From Alphaproteobacteria bacterium (lineage in GTDB: Bacteria; Pseudomonadota; Alphaproteobacteria; UBA2966), in contig OZ219856.1 in NCBI GenBank assembly GCA_964291395.2, positions 576,001 through 640,000 on the forward strand: a stretch of 64,000 nucleotides of DNA. The letters run 5' to 3'. This document shows positions 8,460 to 18,428 of the stretch, piece after piece. The translations under genes and the position numbers were made by a program. The number at the start of each line of letters is the position of its first letter. Position 1 is the stretch's first letter. The notes beneath the pieces were generated by a model. It saw nothing but the letters and a program-made list of their open reading frames with translations, had not been told where the DNA came from and ran no database searches.

Positions 8460-10208
8460 ATGACCGAACATGCCGTTGCCCGTCACAAGACCGACATTCT
8501 GATTCTGGGAAGCGGCGGTGCCGGGCTGTTCGCGGCGCTCCACGCCCATAAGGCGGCGCCGGATCTGGATATCACCGTGGCGGTCAAGGGTCTGCTCGGG
8601 AAGTGCGGTTGCACGCGGATGGTGCAGGGCGGCTACAACGTCGCGATCGGGGCCGGCGACTCGGTCGAGCGTCATTTCATGGACACGATCGAAGGCGGAA
8701 AGTGGCTCAACAACCAGGAACTCGCCTGGACCCTGATCACGACGGCCGTCGAGCGCATACACGAACTCGAGAACGAACTCGGATGTTTCTTCGACCGCAA
8801 TGCGGACGGCTCGATCCATCTGAAGGCGTTTGCGGGGCAGACCTACGATCGGACGGTGCACAAAGGCGACCTCACGGGCATCGAGATCATCAACCGGCTG
8901 GCCGAGCAGGTGTGGGCCCGGCGCATCAACCGAATGGAGGAACATCGCGCCATCGCACTGGTTCCGGCGGACGATGGCAGCCGGATCTCCGGCGTGCTCC
9001 TGATCGATGTCCGGGACGGCCGTTTCCACTTCGTTCAGGCGAAGGCCGTGCTGCTCGCGGCGGGTGGGGGGCCGACGATGTACCGGTACCACACGCCGTC
9101 CGGCGACAAGACCTGTGACGGGATGGCGATGGCGCTGCGCGCGGGATTGGCGCTTCGCGACATGGAAATGATTCAGTTCCATCCGACCGGTCTGATCGCG
9201 GGCCGGGAAACCCGGATCACGGGAACCATCATCGAGGAAGGGCTGCGCGGCGCCGGCGGTCATCTGCTGAACGGGGACCACGACCGTTTCATGGAAAACT
9301 ACGATCCCCGAGGCGAGCGCGCGACCAGGGATATCGTCAGTCGCGCCATGTTCGAGGAAATGCGGCAGGGACGGACAGGACCCAATGACGGTCTGTTCAT
9401 CACGATGCGCCACCTGGACCGCGACCTCGTGCGCCGGCAGTTCAAGGGCATGGTCGAGCGCTGCGCCGACTGCGGGTTCGACCTCGTGGGCGGCCTCGTG
9501 GAAGTCGTTCCGACGGCGCACTACATCATGGGTGGAGTCGAGTTCGATACCTCGTGTCGAACGTCCCTGGAGGGGCTTTTCGCCGCGGGCGAGGACACCG
9601 GCGGCGTTCACGGCGCCAACCGGCTCGGCGGCAACGGCGTTGCAAACTCGACCGTATTCGGCGGCATCGCCGGCGACGTGATGGGGCCTTGGGTCATGAA
9701 GGAGGGGGCGTTCGTCGATCCGGACCGGTCCGTGATCGACGCCGCGGTCGGGTACAGTTTGCATCCGTTCGCCAAACCCCAAGGCGACCTGCTCGACATG
9801 CGGGAGCGACTCGAAGACATCATGTGGGACGACGTGGGAATCATTCGTGATCCGGAACGCCTACGCCGTGCGCGCCGGTCCCTGGCCGAGCTCAGAGAGG
9901 AACTCTCGGAAACCGGCGTGGCGGCGTCGGATCCTGCGTTCAACCTGACGTGGCACGACTGGCTGAACCTGGACAGCCTCATTCTCGTGAGCCAGGCCAT
10001 CACCGAAGCCGCCTTGGCGCGGGAGAACTCGCGCGGCGCCCATTTCCGCGAGGACTTTCCGGAGGAGGGCGACTTCGCGGCGTCGTATTTCACCACCGCA
10101 CGATTGGACGGTGAGGGCATCGATGTCGAAACTGCCCCGGTCGAATTTTCTCGAGTCGAGCCGGGAGAAACGCTGATACGTGAAGAAGCGGAAACGGCCG
10201 CAGCATAG
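8460..10208 (+). CDS. SDH/FRD/L-aspartate oxidase family flavoprotein subunit (atypical)
   Basis: LGSGGAG, QFHPTG, TRDIVSRA, HYIMGG, HGANRLGGN, RENSRGAHFREDFP. Confidence 0.92.
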   Translation: MTEHAVARHKTDILILGSGGAGLFAALHAHKAAPDLDITVAVKGLLGKCGCTRMVQGGYNVAIGAGDSVERHFMDTIEGGKWLNNQELAWTLITTAVERIHELENELGCFFDRNADGSIHLKAFAGQTYDRTVHKGDLTGIEIINRLAEQVWARRINRMEEHRAIALVPADDGSRISGVLLIDVRDGRFHFVQAKAVLLAAGGGPTMYRYHTPSGDKTCDGMAMALRAGLALRDMEMIQFHPTGLIAGRETRITGTIIEEGLRGAGGHLLNGDHDRFMENYDPRGERATRDIVSRAMFEEMRQGRTGPNDGLFITMRHLDRDLVRRQFKGMVERCADCGFDLVGGLVEVVPTAHYIMGGVEFDTSCRTSLEGLFAAGEDTGGVHGANRLGGNGVANSTVFGGIAGDVMGPWVMKEGAFVDPDRSVIDAAVGYSLHPFAKPQGDLLDMRERLEDIMWDDVGIIRDPERLRRARRSLAELREELSETGVAASDPAFNLTWHDWLNLDSLILVSQAITEAALARENSRGAHFREDFPEEGDFAASYFTTARLDGEGIDVETAPVEFSRVEPGETLIREEAETAAA

Positions 10209-10253
10209 GCACGCCCGGCGGGGGCCTCCGGCCGGGCGCGATTGAGGTTGAGA

Positions 10254-11225
10254 ATGATCAAACAGGATGCCATTGGCGAAGCCGCGCAGGAGATCATGCG
10301 CCGGGCCGCCATCGTGATCCCCGAGGACTACAAGTCCGGGATCCGAAAAATGGTCAAGGAAGAGGAAAACGAGCTTAGCCGGTTCGTCCTGGAGGCGATG
10401 TGCGAGAACTGGGACGTCGCCGAAGAGGACCGCCGAGCCATGTGCGCCGACACCGGGTTGCCGCGCTACTACGTGAAAGTCGGGAACGAGGCGCGGGTCG
10501 AAGGCGGGATGGTCGCGCTCGAGCGGACATTGCGCCGAGCGACGGCGCAGGCCACTCGGGACATCCCGCTCCGGCCCAATCGCGTCCATCCGCTATCCCG
10601 GGTCGATCACAACAACAACGTCGGCATCCTGGCGCCCGAGATCGAATACTCCTTCGAGCCCGGCGCCGACTGGATCGACATAACGTCGGTGCACAAAGGG
10701 GGCTTGTTCGGCAGCGACTACCGTATGCTCTTTCCGGGTGACGGCATCGACGGGATCAAGAGGTTCTTCCTCGACGTGATGCTCGAATTCGGGCGCCGGG
10801 GCCTCGCCTGCCAGCCGGCCATCGTCGGGGTGGGTCTCGGGGGCAGCAAGGACACGGCGATGACGATCGGAAAGCAGGCGGCGTGCCTGCGGGTCGTGGG
10901 CGATCGCAGCCCGGACCCCGAGATCGCGGCGCTGGAGGAAGAGCTGATGGAGATGGGCAACAACATCGGCATGGGACCCATGGGATTCGTCGGGAAGTCC
11001 ATGGTGGTCGACTGCCACGTCGAGGTCGCGTACACCCATACCGGCGGCATGCCGATGAGCGTGCACAGCTTCTGCCTGTCGTCCCGCCGCGCCGTCGCGC
11101 GCATCGGCGCGGGCGGTGAAGTCGGCTACCGAACCGATCCGCAGTGGTTCACCCCGTACCACCGGCGAAGCGGCGTAGAATGGGAGGGTGAAACGCCCGG
11201 CCTTGATCAGGCGGTGGCGCAGTGA
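10254..11225 (+). CDS. Class I Fe-S hydro-lyase (fumarate/tartrate family) alpha subunit
   Basis: MCADTG, LRPN, KGG, ACQPAIVGVGLGG, IGMGPMG, C-terminal CLSSRR; three cluster Cys. Confidence 0.88.
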   Translation: MIKQDAIGEAAQEIMRRAAIVIPEDYKSGIRKMVKEEENELSRFVLEAMCENWDVAEEDRRAMCADTGLPRYYVKVGNEARVEGGMVALERTLRRATAQATRDIPLRPNRVHPLSRVDHNNNVGILAPEIEYSFEPGADWIDITSVHKGGLFGSDYRMLFPGDGIDGIKRFFLDVMLEFGRRGLACQPAIVGVGLGGSKDTAMTIGKQAACLRVVGDRSPDPEIAALEEELMEMGNNIGMGPMGFVGKSMVVDCHVEVAYTHTGGMPMSVHSFCLSSRRAVARIGAGGEVGYRTDPQWFTPYHRRSGVEWEGETPGLDQAVAQ

Positions 11226-11881
11226 AGACCAAACGGATCACACTTCCACTGACCGACGAGGCTCTGGACGGGCTCGAGCTGGGCACGGCGGTCTATCTCG
11301 ACGGTGTCGTCTACACGGGTCGCGAGGGTCTCTACAAACGGGTCCTGGATCAGGGAGTGGAACCGCCCGTACCTTTCGATTCACTCGGCAATGCGAACTT
11401 CCACTGCTCCCCCGCCGCGTCGGTCAACGACGACGGCACCTACAACCTGGGCGCGGTGACGGCGACGGCCAGCTTTCGTTTCGCTCGATGGCTTTCACAA
11501 TGGTTCGAGGCGTCGGGTTGCCGGGTCATCATCGGCAAGGGAGGCATGACGGAGGAGGACTACCGCACGCACTTCGTTCCAAACCGGGCGATCTACCTGT
11601 CCACGGTCGGTTACGGGACTGGCGCCCTGCTGGGCCGGGGCATCAAGCGGGTCATCGACGTGCACTGGCTGGAAGAGCTGGGTATCGCGCAGGCGATGTG
11701 GGTGCTCGACGTGGAGAATTTCGGCCCATTCCTCGTCGAAAGTGATTCCCGGGGCAACAGCTTGTTCGAACGCGAGGGCCGGGCCATCAATCAGCGGGTT
11801 GATGGTCTCTACGACGGGTTGAGGCAGCCGGCCCTCAAACGCTATGGCGAGACGACCTCACGTTCCGACGAGGTCGTGTGA
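11222..11881 (+). CDS. Class I Fe-S hydro-lyase beta subunit (FumA C-term/TtdB-like)
   Basis: LDGVVYTGRE, FHCSP, TATASFRF, IIGKGGM, WLEELG, FGPFLVESDSRGNSLF. Confidence 0.88.
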   Translation: MKTKRITLPLTDEALDGLELGTAVYLDGVVYTGREGLYKRVLDQGVEPPVPFDSLGNANFHCSPAASVNDDGTYNLGAVTATASFRFARWLSQWFEASGCRVIIGKGGMTEEDYRTHFVPNRAIYLSTVGYGTGALLGRGIKRVIDVHWLEELGIAQAMWVLDVENFGPFLVESDSRGNSLFEREGRAINQRVDGLYDGLRQPALKRYGETTSRSDEVV

Positions 11882-12017
11882 CGAGCCGAACCGGCTCGAC
11901 AAGCGATCGCAAGCGTGCCCATGGTGCCGCCGCACCTTCCGTTTCGAACCGTTGCGTTCTGAGAACGCATTCATCGGGGTTGGGCGGAGAACGGGGATGG
12001 CTGACCCGTTTGCCGGC

Positions 12018-13853
12018 CTAAAGTTCGAAGATCGTTATGTCGGAGTCGAGTCCGCGTAGAGTTCGCGTGCCGATCTCGCTTCCCGTTATCGAGCCGGAAG
12101 CGCGTTTCATCGTGTCGGCGCTGACCAGGATGGCGACCGTCTCCGAAGACTCGGTCCTTTCTCGCCCCAGTTGCTCGATGCGGTTGGCGACGTTTACGGC
12201 GTCTCCGACGATCGTGTAGTTGACCCGCCCGGGCGCGCCGATGTTTCCGACGACCACTTCTCCCGTGTGAATTCCGATTCGAAGCCGAACCGGCGGGAGT
12301 CCTTGTTTCCGTCGTCGGGTGTTCTCCGTCTCGAGGGCCTCGCGGATCACAAGCGCCGCTCGGCAGGCGCGGACCGCGTGATCGGGCTGATCTTCCGGCG
12401 CGTTCCAGAATGCCATGAGGGCATCGCCGATGAACTTGTCGATCGTGCCGCCCTCCGCCTCGACCGCCGCTCCCACCATCTCGAAATGATCGTTGAGGAA
12501 TTCGGCCGTATCTTCCCCCGACATTGCCGATGACATCGCGGTAAATCCGACGATGTCCGTGAACATCACGGTCACGTCCCGCTGCCGGGATTGCGTGATG
12601 CCGGAGTCGCCGGCGTGGACCAGTTGTTGAACCAGTGTCCGGGGAAGGTAGAGCTCGAACCATCTCAGGCCCACGATCATCGAGTTGAACGCCTCGGACG
12701 CCGACGAGATTTCGCGAAACAGGCTGGTGCTGAGCGGGGCAACGCCCTTGAGTGAGAGTTCGCGCACGCGCTCCGCCGCTGCAGCGAGCCTGTCGATGGG
12801 CGCGCTCAGATACCGCGCCAGCAGGTAGGCCAGAGCGAGCGCGGCCGCGAGGACGAGTAATCCGGCGATCGCCGCCCATCTCAGGCGCCGGAATTCCTCG
12901 TCGATGTCAGCAGCCGGGAATGCGACGACGATCTGCCAAGGACTCGTCCCGAACCGGTCGACATCGCTCGACACGATCGCCCAATTTGCTTTCGGGGTGG
13001 CAACCATACGGATTCCCGTCGCCTCTTCTAGGAGCTGTTCCCGGCGGCTCTGGGCCTCCCGTTTGTTGACGGCCGCGGTGAGGGGGTCGGCGACCTGGTC
13101 GAGGGTGGGCAACACCTGTCCTTCTTCCAAGTTCGAAATGCCGGAAGTGAGAGTCGGGTGCGCCAGGACGTATCGATTGTCGTAGAGCACGAAGGCGTGT
13201 CCGCCGAGGGTTTTCGCCGTCGCCTCGAGGATCTTCGAGAGTTGATCGATCTGTACGGTCGCGGCCAGGACGCCTATGGAACCATCCGCATGCAGAACCG
13301 GATATCGGGCATTGAGAAGCGTCGCGGAAGCCGTTTCCGGACGAATGATCTCACCCCAGAAAACGTCGACCTCGTTCCGGGCCTCTTCCACCGCGTTCAG
13401 GATGACCGGCATTTCGCTGACATCGATAACGTCCAGCTCGACGCCTCGTTCCCGTCTCAGGGCGATCACCATGCGGGCGTTCTCGCCGATGTAGACCATG
13501 GAGCGGACCTGGGGCGTCGCGGCCAGGGATCCGGACAGGTACTGCCCCACTTCGGTCTCGTTCGAAACGTCGATGCTGCCATCCTGCATCTGCAGGCCAA
13601 GATGCCGAAGCGCGTCCTCCGCTGGGGTCAGGTGCTGCTCCAGGCGGGCGAAGACGATCTCCGTCGTGGCGTGCGACCTGTCGGAGAGCAGATCAAACGT
13701 GTTCTGACGGGCACTCCACATGCCGAGGCCAAGGACGACCAAGACAGCAAGCAACACCAAGCCGCCGAAACTCGCCAGCAGTCCATAAGCGATCCGGATT
13801 TGAAACCTGGGTCGGCTGCTGCGGTCCGCGTTGACGCCCGAGGGGAGGGCCAT
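12018..13853 (-). CDS. Membrane-bound class III adenylate/guanylate cyclase with periplasmic sensor and HAMP domain
   Basis: Two TM helices, HAMP, VMFTDIVGFT, DKFIGDALMAFW, RIGIHTG, YTIVGDAVNVANRIE. Confidence 0.93.
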   Translation of the reverse strand: MALPSGVNADRSSRPRFQIRIAYGLLASFGGLVLLAVLVVLGLGMWSARQNTFDLLSDRSHATTEIVFARLEQHLTPAEDALRHLGLQMQDGSIDVSNETEVGQYLSGSLAATPQVRSMVYIGENARMVIALRRERGVELDVIDVSEMPVILNAVEEARNEVDVFWGEIIRPETASATLLNARYPVLHADGSIGVLAATVQIDQLSKILEATAKTLGGHAFVLYDNRYVLAHPTLTSGISNLEEGQVLPTLDQVADPLTAAVNKREAQSRREQLLEEATGIRMVATPKANWAIVSSDVDRFGTSPWQIVVAFPAADIDEEFRRLRWAAIAGLLVLAAALALAYLLARYLSAPIDRLAAAAERVRELSLKGVAPLSTSLFREISSASEAFNSMIVGLRWFELYLPRTLVQQLVHAGDSGITQSRQRDVTVMFTDIVGFTAMSSAMSGEDTAEFLNDHFEMVGAAVEAEGGTIDKFIGDALMAFWNAPEDQPDHAVRACRAALVIREALETENTRRRKQGLPPVRLRIGIHTGEVVVGNIGAPGRVNYTIVGDAVNVANRIEQLGRERTESSETVAILVSADTMKRASGSITGSEIGTRTLRGLDSDITIFEL

Positions 13854-14213
13854 GGGTTCAGCTACGTGGGTGGTTGTCGGAATGCACGCGTCTTGTAACG
13901 GGAACCACCCGCGCTCGGCACCCGACTTCGAAGTCTGGTGTTCCTCGGCGAAAACTCATGTATGCGGACTCGCGATTGAACGGCGCGTAAGCCGTGCCGC
14001 CGTCAGGATAATCCGTCCGCCGATATGGAGCGGTATTGCCGATGCTCTTGGCCGACGAAACCTTTCTCAGGATACTATACGCGTTTGGTCCGGGGATACA
14101 TTGCGGGCTCTGAAGAGCGGTACGGAATGCCGGGGTGGAACGGCACGCCGGAGTCTCGCGGACTGTTCCGATGTTCCCGACGACGATCGAACCGACGTGG
14201 ATGAGGGTGTCCG

Positions 14214-15062
14214 GTGGCTTTGAAAATCAGCCAGCTATCGCCGGTATTGGGGGCGGAGGCGACCGACGTCAAACTCGCCGCGGGGATTTCCGGGGCAGAG
14301 TTCGAGGTCCTGTTTCAGGCTTGGCTCGACCACAACGGCATTCTGGTCATACGGGACCAGGAACTGACGCACGATCAGCACATCGAGTTCAGCCGGCGGT
14401 TCGGGGAACTCGACCGTCACGTGGTCACCCAATTCGTGCCTGACGGTTATCCGGAGCTGTACCGGGTTTCGAACCAGGAGGACGAGCAAGGCAGATACCT
14501 GGGCAACCCGCAGGCTGGAAATCACTGGCATACGGACAATTCCTATCTCGATCCGCCGGCCAAGGCGTCACTGCTCCATGCGGTCGAGGTTCCTCCGGTC
14601 GGCGGCGACACAATGTTCACGAGCATGTACCGGGCGTACGAATCCCTGTCTCCGGCGATGCGGGAAATGCTTTCCGGCCTGAGCGCCGAGCATTGCTTCG
14701 AACATACGCTTTCGAATTTTTCGACCTTCAAGGCGACGGACCGTCAGATCGAAATCACGCCGCCCGTCAGGCACCCGGTGGTGTCCACGCACCCGGACAC
14801 CGGGCGCAAATCCCTCTACGTGAATCCCGGCTTCACGACCCGCATCATCGGGATGAATGCCGACGAGAGCGAAGCTCTTCTGACCTTTTTGTTCACGCAC
14901 GCGACGCAACCGCAGTTCATTTATCGGCATCGCTGGCGCAAGCATGACCTCGTCATTTGGGACAACCGTTGCACGATGCATTACGCCGTTCAGGACTTTT
15001 ACGATCAGGGGGTGCGCGACCTGTACCGCACCACCGTCAAGGGTGAAAAGGCGGCTGCATAA
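14214..15062 (+). CDS. TauD/TfdA family Fe(II)/2-oxoglutarate dioxygenase
   Basis: WHTD, GGDTMF, HPVVSTHPDTGRKSLYVN, WDNRCTMH, RDLYRTTV. Confidence 0.93.
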   Translation: MALKISQLSPVLGAEATDVKLAAGISGAEFEVLFQAWLDHNGILVIRDQELTHDQHIEFSRRFGELDRHVVTQFVPDGYPELYRVSNQEDEQGRYLGNPQAGNHWHTDNSYLDPPAKASLLHAVEVPPVGGDTMFTSMYRAYESLSPAMREMLSGLSAEHCFEHTLSNFSTFKATDRQIEITPPVRHPVVSTHPDTGRKSLYVNPGFTTRIIGMNADESEALLTFLFTHATQPQFIYRHRWRKHDLVIWDNRCTMHYAVQDFYDQGVRDLYRTTVKGEKAAA

Positions 15063-15223
15063 CGGATGGCTCTCGCTCTCCCCGACCTCGCCGCGATGGG
15101 ACCACGTCGGAACGGAGCTCGGCACCCTTGTCACGGTGGCCGCGCGTCGGCTAGACCATGATCCACCGTCGGTGTCGCTACCGACCGTCGATATCACCCG
15201 ATGCTCGAGGAGTTGCCGCCAGA

Positions 15224-16069
15224 ATGGGCTTCACGATCAATTCGCTCTCACCGGTTCTCGGCGCCGAGGTCGTCGGCCTCGATCTGTCGTCACCGATTTC
15301 CGATGCCGAATTCACGGAGCTCAACCAGGCCTGGCTTGATCACAACGGCGTGCTCGTCATCCGTGACCAAACCCTGACGCCGGATGAGCACGTCGCGTTC
15401 AGCAAACGTCTGGGAGAACTGGAAGTGCACGTGGTCGGGCAGTTCCTGCTTGATGGTTACCCGGAGATCTATCGCGTTTCAACCAAGGTAGACGACGACG
15501 GAAGGCCGATGGGCAATCCGGAGTCGGGGCGATACTGGCACTCCGATCTTTCGTACTTGGAACGGCCGTCCAAGGCGTCGCTCCTTTACGCGCTGGAACT
15601 GCCGCCGAGCGGTGGCGATACCATGCTGGCCAGCATGTATGCCGCCTATGACTCGTTGTCGCCGACCATGAAGGAAATGCTCGAGGGCCTGACCGCCGTC
15701 CACGACCTCGGACACGTGGGCAGGCTGTTCTCCACGGGGGGTCCGAACCAGGAGCAAACGGCGAAGACCCCGCCCGTCGAGCACCCCATCGTGAGGACTC
15801 ATCCGGAAACGGGAAGAAAGGCGTTGTTCGTCAATCCTGGCTTCACGACGCACATCGTCCAATTGGCGAGGTCGGAGAGCGGCGCCTTGCTCGAGTTCCT
15901 GTTCGCTCACGCCACGAAGCCGGAATTCGTCTACCGGCACAGGTGGCGGCTGAACGATCTTTTGGTGTGGGACAACCGTTGCACGGTGCATCACGCCGTC
16001 CACGACTTTCACGGCACCGGCCATCGCCACATGCACCGGACGACCGTTCTCGGCGAGGCGGCCCTTTAG
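15224..16069 (+). CDS. TauD/TfdA family dioxygenase (tandem paralogue)
   Basis: WHSD, HPIVRTHPETGRKALFVN, WDNRCTVHHA, RHMHRTTV. Confidence 0.93.
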   Translation: MGFTINSLSPVLGAEVVGLDLSSPISDAEFTELNQAWLDHNGVLVIRDQTLTPDEHVAFSKRLGELEVHVVGQFLLDGYPEIYRVSTKVDDDGRPMGNPESGRYWHSDLSYLERPSKASLLYALELPPSGGDTMLASMYAAYDSLSPTMKEMLEGLTAVHDLGHVGRLFSTGGPNQEQTAKTPPVEHPIVRTHPETGRKALFVNPGFTTHIVQLARSESGALLEFLFAHATKPEFVYRHRWRLNDLLVWDNRCTVHHAVHDFHGTGHRHMHRTTVLGEAAL

Positions 16070-16522
16070 GGGTCCGCGGGGCGACCGGCGCTGAATATCA
16101 AAAGAGCGCCTGGCGAACTGCCGGACCGTCGGTACCCCTGACGGGGCGTCAGCTGGATTTATTCCCGTCTAAATGCACAGCGTGCCGGAACTCATCGCGT
16201 CGATGAATGCGATGAAGTGGGCGTCAAACGCGTACTGCGCAGCGCGCAAAACCGAGCCTCACCACTCCACGGGCGCAGCCACGGTCGCGACGCCGGATAC
16301 GCCGCCGAGTACGTAGGCAGCTTTCAACGTGTTGCCGAGCTTATCGAAACGCCCATGAGTTCTCGATCCGCGGCAGGTGGACCGCGGCGCAAGCGGAAAA
16401 GAACACGGCCGGGCCTTTTTGTGCTTTCGGGTCGCGCGGCGGGCTGTGCATATGCGAGGATGTCGGCGGGATCAACTCGGCAGTGTGGCCGTCGGGCCGA
16501 TGATCGTTGAAGGGGAGCCTAA

Positions 16523-16978
16523 ATGTCGGAAGTCAAGGTGCTGGGAAGCAATCACACGAGCTTCACCGTATCCGATATCGAGCGGTCGATTTCGTACTTT
16601 ACCGAAGTTCTGGGATTTCGGGTGACGTCCCACGAACCGAGAGACCCCGCCATGATCCAGGCGCTCACCGGGATCGACGGGGCCGACATCGACGTCGCTT
16701 ATCTTCAGATGCCGGGACACGCGCTCGAACTCATCGAATACAAGGGCCCGGATGATCGCGGGAGAGTGGACTGCCGAGTGTGTGACGTCGGCGCCGCACA
16801 TATCGCCTTCGACGTCGAAGATCTTCAGGCAGTCGTCGATCTGAGCCTGCGGAACGGCGCCGAGTTGATGGGGGAGATACTGGAAATCACCGGTGGGCCC
16901 AACAAGGGCAAGCGGGTCGCCTACATACGTGATCCCGACGGCGTCACCATGGAGTTCATCCAGCGCGGCGCCGGATGA
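16523..16978 (+). CDS. VOC/glyoxalase family protein
   Basis: NHTSFTVSDIERS, LELIEY, HIAFDVEDL, YIRDPDGVTMEF (H/E/H/E metal ligands). Confidence 0.9.
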   Translation: MSEVKVLGSNHTSFTVSDIERSISYFTEVLGFRVTSHEPRDPAMIQALTGIDGADIDVAYLQMPGHALELIEYKGPDDRGRVDCRVCDVGAAHIAFDVEDLQAVVDLSLRNGAELMGEILEITGGPNKGKRVAYIRDPDGVTMEFIQRGAG

Positions 16979-17057
16979 CTCGTGAGATGGCGCGCCGGGC
17001 GCGGCCCGCGGTAGACGTGGAGTCCATCGGCAGCTCGCACCGAATCGGTCGCCTCGC

Positions 17058-18203
17058 TCACGCAGCCCTGCGGTAGTTCGTCACGGCGATTTGCCCTGGT
17101 TTGCGGTCCATGTGGATGGCGGCGAAATCCCCCTCGCACGGCGGGCCCGAGCAGAAGTGCAGAACCCGGTCCGTCAGGTCCATGATGATGCAGCCCAACG
17201 TCTCGATGCCTCGGCCTTCTCCGGCGTTCGGATTGGGGTGCCGGCAGATCGAGTCCGGATAGTTGAAATGATCGCTCATGGCGTGCGCGAGCACACCGAG
17301 ATCGATGCGGCCGTGCCGGCCGCTCAGAAGATCGTGGAGCCGGACATCGCGTAAGAGGGTGTCGGGGAAGATGTTGCGGCCGATGTCCTCGCGGTCCGCC
17401 CGTGTGACCTGGAAATGGTTGGCGTGGGTGATCAAGCCGTCCTTGGCGTGGATGATGTCGAGCCCGCCGGGCCATGCTTCCAGCGCGACGCCGGCACCGT
17501 CGACGTGGCCCATCATGTAGTTGGCGGCGAGCGAGCGTTCGGAGTTGAGAACGGCGCCGATGGCGTCGCTCAGGATCCGCGCGGTGAGGGCTTTGCGGCG
17601 GATGACGTGGACCGGCATGCCGAAACGCCGCTTGTCCGACAGCATGAAGTTGTTGCACAGGCCGATCCCGTCCTCATTCAGGCCGTGCTTGCCTACGAGG
17701 CCGGCCTCGGTGAGGGTCAGGATCCGGGGATCCCCCTCGCGCCGGATGTCGAGCACGACGGCGTTGGGCTTCATGGCCGGATTCCAGTCCCAGTTTTGGC
17801 CCACGTAGGTGTGGCCGTCGGCCGTTGCTTCGCCGAACACGACGAACGAGGTGCAGCCGTCGTCGAGTTGCGCCTTGAGGCCGTGGACGAGCTCGCTCCG
17901 CGCATTGATGGTCAGGACGGCTTCGAGGGGCGCGTCGGCGCCTTCGGCGATGCCCTTGATCTCTTCCATCGTGGCAGGGTCGAACTCTGCGATCACCGGC
18001 TCGAATTTCCGCGCCAGCTCGAAAATGTCGTCTCGCTCCAGTCCATGCAGAACGCGAAAGGACTCGAGGTAGGCCCTGAGCGATCCGTGGATGAGATCGG
18101 CCGCGGCGCGGCCGTACTGGACGCCGCACTCCCGCGGCGAGCCCTTCATCGCGATGACCGGAATCTCGTGACCGTTGGTGGCGAACGTCTCCAGGTTCGT
18201 CAT
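17058..18203 (-). CDS. C45 family Ntn-hydrolase (isopenicillin-N acyltransferase-like)
   Basis: GSPRECGVQYG, EEIKGIAEG, INARSE, autoprocessing DGCTS, GQNWDW, GLNEDG, HANHF. Confidence 0.88.
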   Translation of the reverse strand: MTNLETFATNGHEIPVIAMKGSPRECGVQYGRAAADLIHGSLRAYLESFRVLHGLERDDIFELARKFEPVIAEFDPATMEEIKGIAEGADAPLEAVLTINARSELVHGLKAQLDDGCTSFVVFGEATADGHTYVGQNWDWNPAMKPNAVVLDIRREGDPRILTLTEAGLVGKHGLNEDGIGLCNNFMLSDKRRFGMPVHVIRRKALTARILSDAIGAVLNSERSLAANYMMGHVDGAGVALEAWPGGLDIIHAKDGLITHANHFQVTRADREDIGRNIFPDTLLRDVRLHDLLSGRHGRIDLGVLAHAMSDHFNYPDSICRHPNPNAGEGRGIETLGCIIMDLTDRVLHFCSGPPCEGDFAAIHMDRKPGQIAVTNYRRAA

Positions 18204-18428
18204 CGTGTCCTCCCGAGCGGATTCATGGCGAACTCTATCAGAAATCGCCGGTCGCGACGCCTGTTCGGATCGGGGAGGGCATACCGTGTTTTTTCGGCGG
18301 CTTGTGTGGAATGACGACACGGCGGAACGCCTCGCCCGGTATCGTGCGAATTGGGCGGTACGCCGCGGCAAGGATCCGCGTCCCGGCGAATGCGAGTCCC
18401 GTCCGGTTTCGTCGGGGGTGTTCGCCGC

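Noticed and set aside
16070-16522. About 450-bp gap before the VOC gene as an ncRNA or small gene
   Set aside because: Only weak hairpins and short ORFs without motifs; nothing supportable
14214-18203. Beta-lactam-like biosynthetic cluster (2OG dioxygenases plus IPN acyltransferase-like enzyme)
   Set aside because: No NRPS, beta-lactam synthetase or IPNS; the dioxygenases look TauD-like and the context is catabolic
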